Origin: an uncultured Subdoligranulum sp.
GTDB taxonomy: Bacteria; Bacillota; Clostridia; Christensenellales; CAG-314
Length of the DNA: 64,000 bases
NCBI GenBank assembly: GCA_902496185.1
Contig: CABUZX010000002.1
Location: forward strand, 40,769-104,768
Direction of reading: 5' to 3'
Shown here: one piece after another, positions 1-10,420 of the stretch
Layout: the number at the start of each line of letters is the position of its first letter
Position numbering within the stretch: position 1 is the stretch's first letter
Made by a program: the position numbers and the translations under genes
The notes under the pieces: model-generated
Database searches by the model: none
What the model was told of the DNA's origin: nothing
The model's input: the letters and a program-made list of their open reading frames with translations, nothing else

Positions 1-105
1 CCCGATAGGGTTTACGTTTTTGATAATTGAAAGTTATTATAACTCAAAAGTATTTGATTGTCAATTTAAATATTTGGCTCTAAACTGTCTTTTTTTAAAA
101 AAGAT

Positions 106-134
106 TTGACAAAACGTCGGTTTGGGGTGATAAT
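106..134 (+). promoter_or_regulatory. sigma-70-like promoter (TTGACA-17-GATAAT)
   Basis: TTGACA at 106-111, a 17-nt spacer and GATAAT at 129-134, about 20 nt upstream of the first ORF. Confidence 0.4.
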
Positions 135-153
135 AAAAGATAATAACCGTTAA

Positions 154-762
154 GTGGTGAAATTTGATATGGAACAATTTGATTTAAACAAGGGTATAAA
201 AAAATACGCAAAAGAGGCGCAGTGGGTTATTCCTTTGATGTCATTGTCGGTTTTGGCAACCTTTATTTCTTTTGCGGTGATGATATTGTTTTGGATTATG
301 GAGCGAGAGGTGCTTGCTCCGTTGGTTTTGATGTGCGTTTTTGCATTGTGTTCGGTACTGCTGTTTTTGAGATATAACAAAAATTCAAAGCATTATTATT
401 TTTTTAGTTATATAGATGCTTTTCCCGATATGGGCGCGCCTTTAAACGTGCTTATATTAAACGATTATCACGATAAACTTACGGCGCAGGCGGAAGAAAT
501 CGGCTTTACCGAGATAGAAACTTCCTTTTTAAAAACCAGACAAGTTTTTCACTTGGACGTAAGAGCAAAAGCGCCAAACGGTTCGCTTGTGTCTGCCGTA
601 TTCGAGACGGAAAAAGCAACCGTCTATAACCTTTCGCGTGGGACGACAAAAACTTTGGCTTACGACGAGTTTTTGCAAGACAAGCAAGATGATACGGCTA
701 TAATGCTTGATTGTTTGTTGCTGATACTGTCGGCAAGTAAGGAAACGGAAACAAACCTTTAA
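154..762 (+). CDS. hypothetical membrane protein
   Basis: 202-aa ORF with GTG at 154 and an alternative ATG at 169. Two hydrophobic helices near the N-terminus (VIPLMSLSVLATFISFAVMILFWI, LAPLVLMCVFALCSVLLFL). No catalytic motif recognised. Confidence 0.5.
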   Translation: MVKFDMEQFDLNKGIKKYAKEAQWVIPLMSLSVLATFISFAVMILFWIMEREVLAPLVLMCVFALCSVLLFLRYNKNSKHYYFFSYIDAFPDMGAPLNVLILNDYHDKLTAQAEEIGFTEIETSFLKTRQVFHLDVRAKAPNGSLVSAVFETEKATVYNLSRGTTKTLAYDEFLQDKQDDTAIMLDCLLLILSASKETETNL

Positions 763-841
763 ATTTGCAAAACAAAAACGACTATTGACAATAGTTTGTT
801 TTTGTGTTAAAATAAAACGTAATTAATTTGGAAAAAACCGT

Positions 842-1474
842 ATGACGAAAAAAAACTTAAAAAATCAGGGCAACAAAACAACAAAAATAGTGATAGAGAT
901 TGTTTGTTTGCTTTTTGCATTGCTTACTTTTGTTTCATTGTTTTTGCCGGTAATACGACATCAATCTCCCGACCACGCCAACGTGGGGCTTGGGGACTTT
1001 GACGTTTCTGCAATAGTCGGCGGTGGCTTGTACGACAACGAAAGTGACAAAATAGACCCCGAAACCCATTTGTACGTAAAATATTCTAAACTTTCTGAAG
1101 ACGCGCAGTATTTTTATCAAACTTTCGTTTTGTTAGACGAAGGAAATGCGGGCAAGGTGTTTGCCGTATTTTTGATACTTTGTGAAATATGCGGAGCATT
1201 TTTGGTGCTGTCGGTATTGCTTGCTTTATTGGCGGATATCGACGCCTTTGCAATTCAAACGATATTGGGTGTTTTGCAGATTGCGTTTTCCGTTGTGGTA
1301 ATGCTTTGCGTACCAAAACTGAGCAGTATGGCTGCAAATACCGAATTTATAACGCTTAATTTCGTTGTGGTGCTTCGTCCTGCGGTATTTTTTATTTTGG
1401 CAAGCGGCGTAGGGTTTGCCGTATGCTCTTTGGCGGGCTGGCTTTTTACAAGCAAAAGACGACTAAAAGGATAA
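842..1474 (+). CDS. hypothetical multi-pass membrane protein
   Basis: 210-aa ORF with an ATG start and several long hydrophobic segments. No known motif. Confidence 0.55.
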   Translation: MTKKNLKNQGNKTTKIVIEIVCLLFALLTFVSLFLPVIRHQSPDHANVGLGDFDVSAIVGGGLYDNESDKIDPETHLYVKYSKLSEDAQYFYQTFVLLDEGNAGKVFAVFLILCEICGAFLVLSVLLALLADIDAFAIQTILGVLQIAFSVVVMLCVPKLSSMAANTEFITLNFVVVLRPAVFFILASGVGFAVCSLAGWLFTSKRRLKG

Positions 1475-1486
1475 AAGGTTTTTGGT

Positions 1487-3208
1487 ATGGAAAAAAGTTA
1501 TACTCCTATTTCTTTGTGGAAAGATTTTAATCCCGAAGAGCATCCTTTGGATGCAAGCTTGTTTCGGCAGGAAACTGTCGACGGATTTTGTGTGCAGACT
1601 TTTACCTTTTGCGGTGACAAAATCGACAAGCAAAGCACGAGAGTTTTGGCAAAAGTAGCTTTTAAAGCAGGCAAAAAAAATCTACCGGTAATGGTTGTCG
1701 TAAACCCGTTTGAACGTATAAACGTTGAAGTTTTGTGCGGTTGGGCAAAACTCGGATATCTTGCTATTGCTATAGATTATTTGGGCGAAAGTGACCAACA
1801 CGACGGTATGATGACTATTTATCCCAAGTCCTTGTCTTTTGCAAACTACAATCAGGCAAAAAACAATTTGCGTAGCGTAAACGACGACGCAAAAAAGTGC
1901 TGTTGGTATCAATGGACGTTAAACACTCGTAGAGCTATCGTTTTTGCAAAGAGTTTAGAAAATGCTGATGAAAATAATATAGGTATTTATTCCGTAAGAG
2001 GTGGCAATATTATCGTCATACAAACTCTTGCAATGGACAAAAACGTCAAGGCGGGCGCCGTTATGTACGGAAATTTGTGGGAAAACGTCGAAAAAATCAA
2101 TATTGCTGAATTGGGACAGAATTCCAAATCTTTGAAGGAAAATATTGAAATGATGGAAAACAACGACGAGTGGCTTGCGTCTATTAGTCCTCAAAGTTAC
2201 TTGTCGTATATTAAACAACCGTTTTTTACCTGTATCGGTACAAACTCCCAAAATACCGATATGGATAGGACCTACGAGTGTTTGTCAAGAATGGGCAACG
2301 ACGGGCAGGGTATGGTTCTTTTTGCGCCGAGAGCAATGGACAGTTTGCTTTCAAAGTATATGAAAAACCTTGAAAAATGGTTTGAAGTTCAGCTTATGTC
2401 AGACGAAACGCATTTTGATATGCGCGACGTCAAAATTAAAATAAACGCTAAATGCGACGACGGCGACGTTAAAATCGTTACGCAGTACGAGTGTCCGCAT
2501 TTTTCGTCGCTTTACCTTTATTACTGCAGAGATAAGCAGAGAATAAACGGTACGCGCAATTGGGTTCAGCAACGAATGGAAAAAAGCGACGACGGTTGGC
2601 AGGAAACGACGCTTAAACTTTTTGACGCAGATACGCCTGTTATTGCTTTTTGCAACGTTACTTTCCGTAACGGCGTAACGGTAAGTAGCAATTTGCTCAA
2701 GTTTATACCTTCAAAAACTTTTACCGACGTGTCCTTAAATTTGCAAAGCCGTTCGCCGGTAGTGTATAGCGGAGATCAGGGCGTAGCAGAGTTTACTCCA
2801 ATGAACCCGACGGGTACGCAAAAAGGTCCTTTCGTTGATGAAAATCCCGTTTCGCCTGCGGTAGGTCCGTTTGAGATTTACGGATTGTGCGGAACAAAAA
2901 TGGGCAGTTTCGTCGTGGGCGACGATTGTATGTTGGTGGGTGCAAGTAGCCTTTTGATGATGGACGTTTGCAGTAAAGAGGCGCAGGATATGACTGTTTA
3001 CTTCGTGACGGATTGGGGCAAAGACAGCGTTACCGCATACAGATACACTTGTCGCTTGGAGGGCGGTACGAATTGGCAAAAAATAATCCTTAATTCCGAC
3101 GACTTTAAAGACGACGGTAGAGAAAAAGGTCTTAATTTTGCCGAAGCGAGCGTTATTTGTTTTGAAAGCAAAAACGTGGTTATATTAAACAATATAATTT
3201 TTACTTAA
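1487..3208 (+). CDS. hypothetical protein; N-terminal half resembles an alpha/beta-hydrolase (AXE1/dienelactone-hydrolase-like) fold
   Basis: 573-aa ORF. PVMVVVNP...GYLAIAIDYLGE and IGIYSVRGGN resemble the beta-strand/nucleophile-elbow layout, but there is no canonical GxSxG. Confidence 0.5.
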   Translation: MEKSYTPISLWKDFNPEEHPLDASLFRQETVDGFCVQTFTFCGDKIDKQSTRVLAKVAFKAGKKNLPVMVVVNPFERINVEVLCGWAKLGYLAIAIDYLGESDQHDGMMTIYPKSLSFANYNQAKNNLRSVNDDAKKCCWYQWTLNTRRAIVFAKSLENADENNIGIYSVRGGNIIVIQTLAMDKNVKAGAVMYGNLWENVEKINIAELGQNSKSLKENIEMMENNDEWLASISPQSYLSYIKQPFFTCIGTNSQNTDMDRTYECLSRMGNDGQGMVLFAPRAMDSLLSKYMKNLEKWFEVQLMSDETHFDMRDVKIKINAKCDDGDVKIVTQYECPHFSSLYLYYCRDKQRINGTRNWVQQRMEKSDDGWQETTLKLFDADTPVIAFCNVTFRNGVTVSSNLLKFIPSKTFTDVSLNLQSRSPVVYSGDQGVAEFTPMNPTGTQKGPFVDENPVSPAVGPFEIYGLCGTKMGSFVVGDDCMLVGASSLLMMDVCSKEAQDMTVYFVTDWGKDSVTAYRYTCRLEGGTNWQKIILNSDDFKDDGREKGLNFAEASVICFESKNVVILNNIIFT

Positions 3209-3289
3209 TACTGATTTTACTCAATGATTTTTTTGCAAACAAAAAAATATTGCGTTTTGTTAGGATAAACAAAACAAACGGAGTTAACA

Positions 3290-4102
3290 TTGAAAAACAA
3301 CGAAAAACAAATTAAATCCGAAAATAAAAAGGCGCTAAATACCGTGTTGTTGTACGTCTTGGTGGTGGTAGTGGCGTTTTTGGCTTTTTTTGCCGTAAAA
3401 ACGTGGATTATTTCTAACTACAGCGTAAGGCAAGAAAGCATGGAACCTACCCTTAAGGAAAAGGATGTTGTTTGGGCAAACAAACTCAAAAAGCCCGACT
3501 ACGGCGATATTGTATTGATTACGGTGCGCCAAAACGGCGAAGAGGAAATTTTTATCAAGCGCGCCGTAGCTTTTGGCGGGGACCTTATTTGGGTAGAACA
3601 AAGCGCGGAAAACAAGGGCGCTTATTATCTTTGCCGTCAAAAGTTTGGCACTACTGCTGAAGAAAGGCTTGTTAAGGAGCAGTACGACGACGGCATTATT
3701 TTGGAGATGATGAACGTTCTTAACCTGCCCGAACGCAAAGACGACAACAACCTTAAAGCAATCGGCAAGGAAAACGCTATTCTCGTGCCAGAAAACTCTG
3801 TGTATTGCCTTGGAGATAACCGCAATAACAGTCTTGATAGCGGTGAGTTGGGCGCGTTTAGCCAAGCCGACTTGATTGGCGTAATAGTGGGCAAAGGTAT
3901 GACTACCTTTTGGATTATTGCAGGCGTTATTGCTTTGGCGTTGTTTGCCGTGTCCTTTATATCGCTAAAAAAATCTTCCGACAAAAAGGAAGAAACCGAA
4001 ATTTTAAAAGACTTGTTTACGGAAGAAGACAAGTTGTATTTGAAACAAGAGCTTTTGGCGGAAGATTCTAATCTAAACGACGAGCAACAAACAAAAGATT
4101 GA
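3290..4102 (+). CDS. lepB: signal peptidase I (S26) with an extra C-terminal TM segment and acidic tail
   Basis: TTG start with ACGGAG upstream and an N-terminal TM anchor. Has the SMEPTL (Ser box), KRAVAFGGD (Lys box) and GDNRNNSLDS motifs. Confidence 0.85.
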   Translation: MKNNEKQIKSENKKALNTVLLYVLVVVVAFLAFFAVKTWIISNYSVRQESMEPTLKEKDVVWANKLKKPDYGDIVLITVRQNGEEEIFIKRAVAFGGDLIWVEQSAENKGAYYLCRQKFGTTAEERLVKEQYDDGIILEMMNVLNLPERKDDNNLKAIGKENAILVPENSVYCLGDNRNNSLDSGELGAFSQADLIGVIVGKGMTTFWIIAGVIALALFAVSFISLKKSSDKKEETEILKDLFTEEDKLYLKQELLAEDSNLNDEQQTKD

Positions 4103-4115
4103 CGGGCAACTTAAA

Positions 4116-5228
4116 ATGAAAATAAAAAGCGTTTCCGTTTTAAATTTCAGAAACCTAACAGAACAGACCGTGCGTTTGGGCGACGGTCTAAACGTTTTTG
4201 TCGGTCAAAACGCCCAGGGCAAAACAAATTTATTAGAGAGTCTTTATTTGTGTTGCTTGGGCAAAAGTCCGCGCACGGACAAAAACGCGGAAATGATAAA
4301 TTATAACAAAGATTTTGCGCGCGTTTCGGTAAATTTTTTTAGCAGATACGGTGACGCGGATATTAGCGTAGTGCTGTTTGGCAACAAAAAAAAGAGTATT
4401 TCCGTCAACAGCGTTCCCGTGTTAAAAACGGGGGAATTGTTGGGGTATCTCAACGCCGTTTACTTTGGTCCCGACGAGTTAAAGGTGGTAAAGTCTTCGC
4501 CCGACAACCGCAGGCGTTTTTTAGACGTGGATTTGTCGCAGGCAGACAAAAACTATTTTTATTCATTAGTAAACTACAACAAAATACTTGCGCAACGCAA
4601 CGCTCTTTTAAAAACTTCTAAAGACGTAGATAGTCTTTCGGAGATGCTTTTCGTATGGGATACGCAACTTGCGCGTGATTCTGCAAAAATCGTCGCTCGC
4701 AGGAGGGCTTTTTGCGATAGGCTTAAGCAAGTGGCAAAAGAAACGCATTTTCGTTTGTCGGGCGGGAAGGAAACGCTTGAGTTGGCATATACTTCGCAAA
4801 TAAAGGGTAATACCTTTGAAGACTGCAGGCAGTACGCTTTCGACTTGTTTCAAAGCAACGTTAAACGTGATTTTGAAATGCGTTACACTACCGTAGGTTG
4901 TCAACGTGACGATATTAAATTTGTCGTAAACGGCGTGGACGTAAGGGATTTTGGCAGTCAGGGACAACAACGTACCGTGGCTCTTGCTCTTAAAATTGCC
5001 GAATTGACCGTTTTTAAGGAAATGACGGGAGATTACCCCGTGCTTTTGTTGGACGACGTGTTGAGCGAACTTGACGTTTTTAGACAAAAGCAATTGCTTA
5101 CTTTTGACGAAAATCTTCAAATCGTACTTACCGCAACGCATTTGGATGAAGAACTTAAAAAGACTTTAAAATACCGTTGTTTTACTATCTCGGCAGGCAA
5201 AGTCGTAGCGCAAACGGACAACGGTTGA
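4116..5228 (+). CDS. recF: DNA replication and repair protein RecF
   Basis: N-terminus I..L.V.NFRNL..., Walker A GQNAQGKTNLLES, C-terminal LLLDDV Walker B. Length 370 aa. Confidence 0.9.
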   Translation: MKIKSVSVLNFRNLTEQTVRLGDGLNVFVGQNAQGKTNLLESLYLCCLGKSPRTDKNAEMINYNKDFARVSVNFFSRYGDADISVVLFGNKKKSISVNSVPVLKTGELLGYLNAVYFGPDELKVVKSSPDNRRRFLDVDLSQADKNYFYSLVNYNKILAQRNALLKTSKDVDSLSEMLFVWDTQLARDSAKIVARRRAFCDRLKQVAKETHFRLSGGKETLELAYTSQIKGNTFEDCRQYAFDLFQSNVKRDFEMRYTTVGCQRDDIKFVVNGVDVRDFGSQGQQRTVALALKIAELTVFKEMTGDYPVLLLDDVLSELDVFRQKQLLTFDENLQIVLTATHLDEELKKTLKYRCFTISAGKVVAQTDNG

Positions 5229-5252
5229 TTAATTTACAAAAAGGAAAAAATT

Positions 5253-5717
5253 ATGAACGTAACTTTTTATAAAAACGGCGTTTCGCCCATACATCTCGTT
5301 ATGAGTATAGTTTTGGCAGTTGCTTGCATTATCGTCGGCATAGTTTACGACGGCGATATGGGAGTAAAGGTTGCCATACCCGTTATCGGAATATTGGTGA
5401 CAGTGGGATGGATGATATATTCTTACAACAAGCAGGACGTATACAAGCGTATCAAACTGACGGAAGAATACGTTCAAGTTGTTTCTTACTTTAAAATCGG
5501 CTACAAAATCAACTTTGACCAAGTGGCAACCGTTGGCAAAATGGGTTTTTCGCACACAAAGACCAGTTGGGAAAAGTACTTTATTTCTACCGTTTCGCTG
5601 ACGCGCGGTAAGGAAATAGATATGAGTAATACAATCACCTTTGACGTTACGGCAAAGTCAAGACGAGCTATGTCTTATCTTGCCGAAAAATACGGCTGGG
5701 AAATAGTAGAAATTTAA
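5253..5717 (+). CDS. hypothetical membrane protein
   Basis: 154-aa ORF with an AAAGGAAAA RBS, two N-terminal TM helices and a soluble C-terminal domain. Confidence 0.5.
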   Translation: MNVTFYKNGVSPIHLVMSIVLAVACIIVGIVYDGDMGVKVAIPVIGILVTVGWMIYSYNKQDVYKRIKLTEEYVQVVSYFKIGYKINFDQVATVGKMGFSHTKTSWEKYFISTVSLTRGKEIDMSNTITFDVTAKSRRAMSYLAEKYGWEIVEI

Positions 5718-5917
5718 TTTATGCGGATATTTTTTTGATTAACAAAAACACGTTAATTTGCTTAAATGCGAAAAGACGTGTTTTTTTGATAGGGGATTTT
5801 TAAATTTTTTGATTAAAAAGCCTTGTAATTATTGAAAAAAATTTGGTTATGTGTTAATCTTTATTCGTATGCGGTATTATGCAAATAAGAGTGCTACAAA
5901 GCGGAGGAAAAAACAAG

Positions 5918-7444
5918 ATGGAAACAATCGTGATTGACGGTAAAAAACTTTCCGTTGAAGATATTATTGCCGTGGCAAATGGGGCGCAAGTGACAGTAGC
6001 TCAAAACGTTTACGAATTAATGGCTGTTGCTCGTTCGTTGGTGGATAGGGCGGTTGAACAAAAACAAGTGATATACGGAATCACTACGGGGTTTGGTAAA
6101 TTTGCCGAAGTCAGCATCAATCAGGATGATTGCGGGCAATTACAACAAAATCTTATTATGAGTCACGCTTGCGGGGTGGGCGAGCCTTTTGATCAACAAA
6201 CGGTTAGAGCAATGATGTGCTTGAGATTAAACGCGCTTGCCGTAGGAAACAGCGGTATCAGCAAAGAAACTTTCAACGTTTTGCTAAATATGCTAAATGC
6301 AAACGTTATACCTTACGTCCCCAGCAAAGGCAGTCTTGGAGCAAGCGGAGACCTAGTGCCGTTGGCGCATATGGCGCTTTGTATGATAGGTATGGGCAAG
6401 GCTTTTTGGCAGGGCAAATTGATTGACGCCAAAAAGGCATTAAAATCGGCAAATATAACTCCAGCAAAACTTTCCGCAAAGGAAGGGCTTGCGCTCATAA
6501 ACGGTACTTGTGGTATGTGCGCGCTGGCGTGTCAAGTCGTAAGAGACGGCAAAATACTCAACAAAACTGCAGATATTACGGCAAGTCTTACTTTGCAAGC
6601 GCTGTACGGAGTAGTAGATGCGTTTGACGAAAGAATACATATTTTACGCGGACAAACGGGGCAAATAAAAACAGCCCAAAACGTAAGGAATCTGTTAAGC
6701 GGTAGTCAAAGCGTAACCCGTCAAGGCGAAGTTAGAGTTCAGGACGCTTATACGTTGCGTTGTATTCCGCAAATTCACGGTCCGAGCAAGGACGCAATGG
6801 AGTACGTTGCCGATATAGTAGGCAAGGAAATAAACGCCGTTACGGACAATCCGCTTATTTTTGCTCAAACAAATCAAGCTATCTCCGGCGGAAACTTTCA
6901 CGGGCAGTGCTTGTCTATGGCGATGGATTTTGCCGGTATTTCGCTGTCGGAGTTGGCAAACGTTGCCGAAAGACGTATAGAAAGATTGGTAAATCCGCAA
7001 CTGTCTGGCTTGCCTGCGTTTTTGGTCAAAAAGGGCGGATTAAACAGCGGATATATGATTGTTCAATACGTTGCGGCGTCTTTGGTAAACGAAAACAAGG
7101 TTTTGTCGCATCCTGCGTGTGTTGACAGCATTACGAGTAGCGCTAATCAGGAAGATCACGTCAGTATGGGGATGACGGCTTGCAGAAAAGCCAAACAAAT
7201 AGTGACAAACGTCAGCAACGTGCTTGCTATAGAATTGTTAGTGGCGTGTCAGGCGATAGATTTACGCAAAAACAAAAAACCGCTTTCACCGTCGGGACAA
7301 GTTGTTTACGACTTGGTAAGAAGTCACGTTCCGTTTATGGCAAAGGATCGTTATATTGCTCCCGATATTGAAAAAATAGAAAAGTTGGTAAAAGACGGCA
7401 AAATAGTAGAAGTAGCGCAACAACACTGCGAAAAACTTTATTAA
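5918..7444 (+). CDS. hutH: histidine ammonia-lyase
   Basis: The MIO-forming triad is in context (GSLGASGDLVPLAHMA). Length is about 508 aa from the ATG at 5918, which has a GGAGGAAAA RBS. The track ORF starts 39 nt earlier. Confidence 0.9.
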   Translation: METIVIDGKKLSVEDIIAVANGAQVTVAQNVYELMAVARSLVDRAVEQKQVIYGITTGFGKFAEVSINQDDCGQLQQNLIMSHACGVGEPFDQQTVRAMMCLRLNALAVGNSGISKETFNVLLNMLNANVIPYVPSKGSLGASGDLVPLAHMALCMIGMGKAFWQGKLIDAKKALKSANITPAKLSAKEGLALINGTCGMCALACQVVRDGKILNKTADITASLTLQALYGVVDAFDERIHILRGQTGQIKTAQNVRNLLSGSQSVTRQGEVRVQDAYTLRCIPQIHGPSKDAMEYVADIVGKEINAVTDNPLIFAQTNQAISGGNFHGQCLSMAMDFAGISLSELANVAERRIERLVNPQLSGLPAFLVKKGGLNSGYMIVQYVAASLVNENKVLSHPACVDSITSSANQEDHVSMGMTACRKAKQIVTNVSNVLAIELLVACQAIDLRKNKKPLSPSGQVVYDLVRSHVPFMAKDRYIAPDIEKIEKLVKDGKIVEVAQQHCEKLY

Positions 7445-7465
7445 TACAAAGCACAAGGAGGCAAA

Positions 7466-9508
7466 ATGTTTTCCAATCAGGATATTTTTAATGCTCAAAC
7501 TATAAAATTGTCTTATCTTCCGCAAAAAAAGAATTTTGTAGAGGGAATAAGACGCGCGCCCAAACGTGAGTTTACTCTGACGGAAGAAGAAACTAAGCTT
7601 GCGCTTTCAAACGCTTTGCGTTATTGTCCCGAAGAGTGGCACGAAGAATTAGCGCCCGAATTTTTGGAAGAACTTTATACGAAAGGCAGAATTTACGGAT
7701 ACAGATTTCGTCCAGAGGGTAGGATTTACGGCAAACCTATTGACGAATATCAGGGCAATTGTATCGAAGGAAAAGCCTTTCAGGTGATGATTGACAACAA
7801 TCTCGATTTTGAAATTGCACTTTATCCCTATGAGTTAGTTACCTATGGCGAAACGGGACAGGTTTGTCAAAATTGGATGCAGTACTGCCTTATTAAGGAA
7901 TATCTTCAACGCTTGACGGATACTCAAACTTTGGTAGTGATGAGCGGACACCCATTGGGTTTGTTTAAAAGTGACAAACGCGCGCCAAGAGTAATTATTA
8001 CCAACGCTTTGATGATAGGTATGTTTGACAATCAGCAAAATTGGCATCGCGCAATGCAGTTGGGAGTTGCCAATTACGGTCAAATGACTGCAGGCGGATG
8101 GATGTATATCGGACCGCAAGGTATTGTGCACGGTACTTACAATACTATATTAAATGCTGCGAGAATGAAGCTCGGTATTGGGCAAAACGACAATCAATCC
8201 GGCGTGTTGTTTGTGAGTAGCGGTCTTGGCGGTATGAGCGGAGCGCAGGGCAAAGCGGTGGAGATTTTAGGTGGAGTAGGTATTATTGCCGAAGTTGACA
8301 AGAGCCGTATTGACACGAGATATTCGCAAGGCTGGGTGAGTTGCGTTGCCGAAACTCCCAAGCAAGCTTTTGAAATGGCAAATGAATTTAAGCAACAAAA
8401 GGTGGGCAAGGCTATAGCTTTTTACGGAAACGTAGTGGACCTTTTGCAATACGCAATACAAAACGGTATTCATATTGATTTATTGAGTGACCAAACGAGT
8501 TGTCACGCTGTGTACGACGGCGGTTATTGTCCGCAAGGTTTGACCTTTCAAGAGCGTACTGCTTTGCTTGGTAGTAATCCCTACGAGTTTAAAAAGCGTG
8601 TAGACGTTACTTTGCGCAGTCATTTTGAAGCAATAAAGTCACTTACAAGCAAAGGTACGTACTTTTTTGACTACGGCAACAGCTTTATGAAAGCCGTGTA
8701 CGACGCAGGCGTGACGGAAATTTGCAAAAACGGCAAAGACGAGTTAGACGGATTTATATTCCCCAGTTACGTGGAAGATATTTTGGGGCCTGTATGCTTT
8801 GACTATGGTTATGGACCTTTCCGTTGGGTATGTTTGTCCGGCAAAAAGGAAGATTTGCATTTGACCGATATGACGGCGTTGCAAACCATTGACAGAAACA
8901 GGCGTTTTCAAGACAACGACAATTACGTTTGGATTCAAAACGCGGAAAAAAACAATCTCGTAGTGGGCACGCAAGCGCGCATACTTTATCAAGACGCAAT
9001 AGGCAGGCGCGATATTGCCCTTGCCTTTAACAAGCTCGTAAGAGAAGGCAAGTGCGGTCCTATAATGATAGGCAGAGACCACCACGACACGGGCGGTACG
9101 GACGCGCCCTTTAGAGAAACAAGCAATATAAAAGACGGTAGCAATATTATGGCTGATATGGCTACGCAAATTTATGCGGGCAACTCGGCAAGAGGTATGA
9201 GTCTTGTTGCGTTACACAACGGCGGAGGTACTGGTATAGGTAGAGCCGTCAACGGCGGTTTTGGTTTGGTACTTGACGGCACTGCGGAAAAGGACGATAT
9301 AATCAATATGGCGTTGCCGTGGGACGTAATGGGCGGTGTTGCCCGTCGCAGTTGGGCAAAAAATCCCAACGCGTTGGAAACGGTAATAGCCTACAACAAA
9401 GACTACGGCGCGGAAAATCATCTTACGTTGCCTTACGTGGCCAACGAAGAAAAAATTAATAAATTGGTGAGCGAAACGTACGCTCAAAAAAAAATAAATA
9501 ATCGATAA
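7466..9508 (+). CDS. hutU: urocanate hydratase (long form)
   Basis: 680 aa with family-typical stretches (GGMSGAQ, YGQMTAGGWMYIGPQGIVHGT). Positioned between hutH and hutI. Confidence 0.9.
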   Translation: MFSNQDIFNAQTIKLSYLPQKKNFVEGIRRAPKREFTLTEEETKLALSNALRYCPEEWHEELAPEFLEELYTKGRIYGYRFRPEGRIYGKPIDEYQGNCIEGKAFQVMIDNNLDFEIALYPYELVTYGETGQVCQNWMQYCLIKEYLQRLTDTQTLVVMSGHPLGLFKSDKRAPRVIITNALMIGMFDNQQNWHRAMQLGVANYGQMTAGGWMYIGPQGIVHGTYNTILNAARMKLGIGQNDNQSGVLFVSSGLGGMSGAQGKAVEILGGVGIIAEVDKSRIDTRYSQGWVSCVAETPKQAFEMANEFKQQKVGKAIAFYGNVVDLLQYAIQNGIHIDLLSDQTSCHAVYDGGYCPQGLTFQERTALLGSNPYEFKKRVDVTLRSHFEAIKSLTSKGTYFFDYGNSFMKAVYDAGVTEICKNGKDELDGFIFPSYVEDILGPVCFDYGYGPFRWVCLSGKKEDLHLTDMTALQTIDRNRRFQDNDNYVWIQNAEKNNLVVGTQARILYQDAIGRRDIALAFNKLVREGKCGPIMIGRDHHDTGGTDAPFRETSNIKDGSNIMADMATQIYAGNSARGMSLVALHNGGGTGIGRAVNGGFGLVLDGTAEKDDIINMALPWDVMGGVARRSWAKNPNALETVIAYNKDYGAENHLTLPYVANEEKINKLVSETYAQKKINNR

Positions 9509-9522
9509 GGACGGATAAAAAT

Positions 9523-10419
9523 ATGGCTTTTGAAAAACTAATGGAATGCGTGCCAAATTTTAGCGAAGGACGCAACAAGGAAAATATAGAAAAAATCGCC
9601 GACTGTTTTAGATGTAAGGATGGCGTCAAATTGTTGGATTATTCTTCCAACGGCGACCACAACCGTTCGGTGTTTACCGTTGTTGGCGAACCGCAACCCC
9701 TTGCAGAAGCGGTACTTTGCGCGGTTGGCGTAGCAAAAGATCTCATTGATTTGACAAAGCATCAAGGCGAACATCCGCGTATGGGCGCAACGGACGTTGT
9801 TCCGTTTATCCCTATCAAAAACGTTACGGAAGAGGATGCAATAGAGCTTTCAAAATACGTTGGACAACAAATGTGGGAGCGCTTTGGTATCCCTGTGTAT
9901 TTGTACGAAAAATCCGCTTCTGCTCCAAATAGACAAAACCTTGCAGACGTCCGTAGAGGTCAGTTTGAAGGTATGGCGGAAAAAATGACAAAACCAGAGT
10001 GGAAGTGCGATTTTGGCGAAACACAACCACATCCTACCGCAGGCGTCACGGCAGTTGGTTGCCGTCCGTTTTTGGTGGCGTTTAACGTCAACCTTGACAC
10101 TTCAGACGTTGCATTGGCGACAAAAATAGCCAAAAAAGTACGCTTTTTGGGCGGTGGGTTGCGTTTTGTAAAGGCTCTCGGTATTATGCTTGAGGAACGC
10201 AACATTGCTCAAGTTTCTATGAACCTTACGGATTTTTCAAAGACGCCTATATATACGGCGTTGGAAATGGTGCGTATGGAAGCAAAGCGCTACGGTGTAA
10301 ACGTTATCGGTACGGAAATAATCGGTCTCGTACCACAACAAGCTTTGTTGGATAGCGTTGAATACTATTTGCAGGTAGAAAACTTTAATTATAATCAGGT
10401 TTTGGAAAATAATTTGTAA
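9523..10419 (+). CDS. ftcD: glutamate formimidoyltransferase (FTCD N-terminal-domain homologue)
   Basis: The start, MECVPNFSEGRN, is characteristic of the family. 298 aa, in hut operon context. Confidence 0.8.
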   Translation: MAFEKLMECVPNFSEGRNKENIEKIADCFRCKDGVKLLDYSSNGDHNRSVFTVVGEPQPLAEAVLCAVGVAKDLIDLTKHQGEHPRMGATDVVPFIPIKNVTEEDAIELSKYVGQQMWERFGIPVYLYEKSASAPNRQNLADVRRGQFEGMAEKMTKPEWKCDFGETQPHPTAGVTAVGCRPFLVAFNVNLDTSDVALATKIAKKVRFLGGGLRFVKALGIMLEERNIAQVSMNLTDFSKTPIYTALEMVRMEAKRYGVNVIGTEIIGLVPQQALLDSVEYYLQVENFNYNQVLENNL

Positions 10420-10420
10420 T

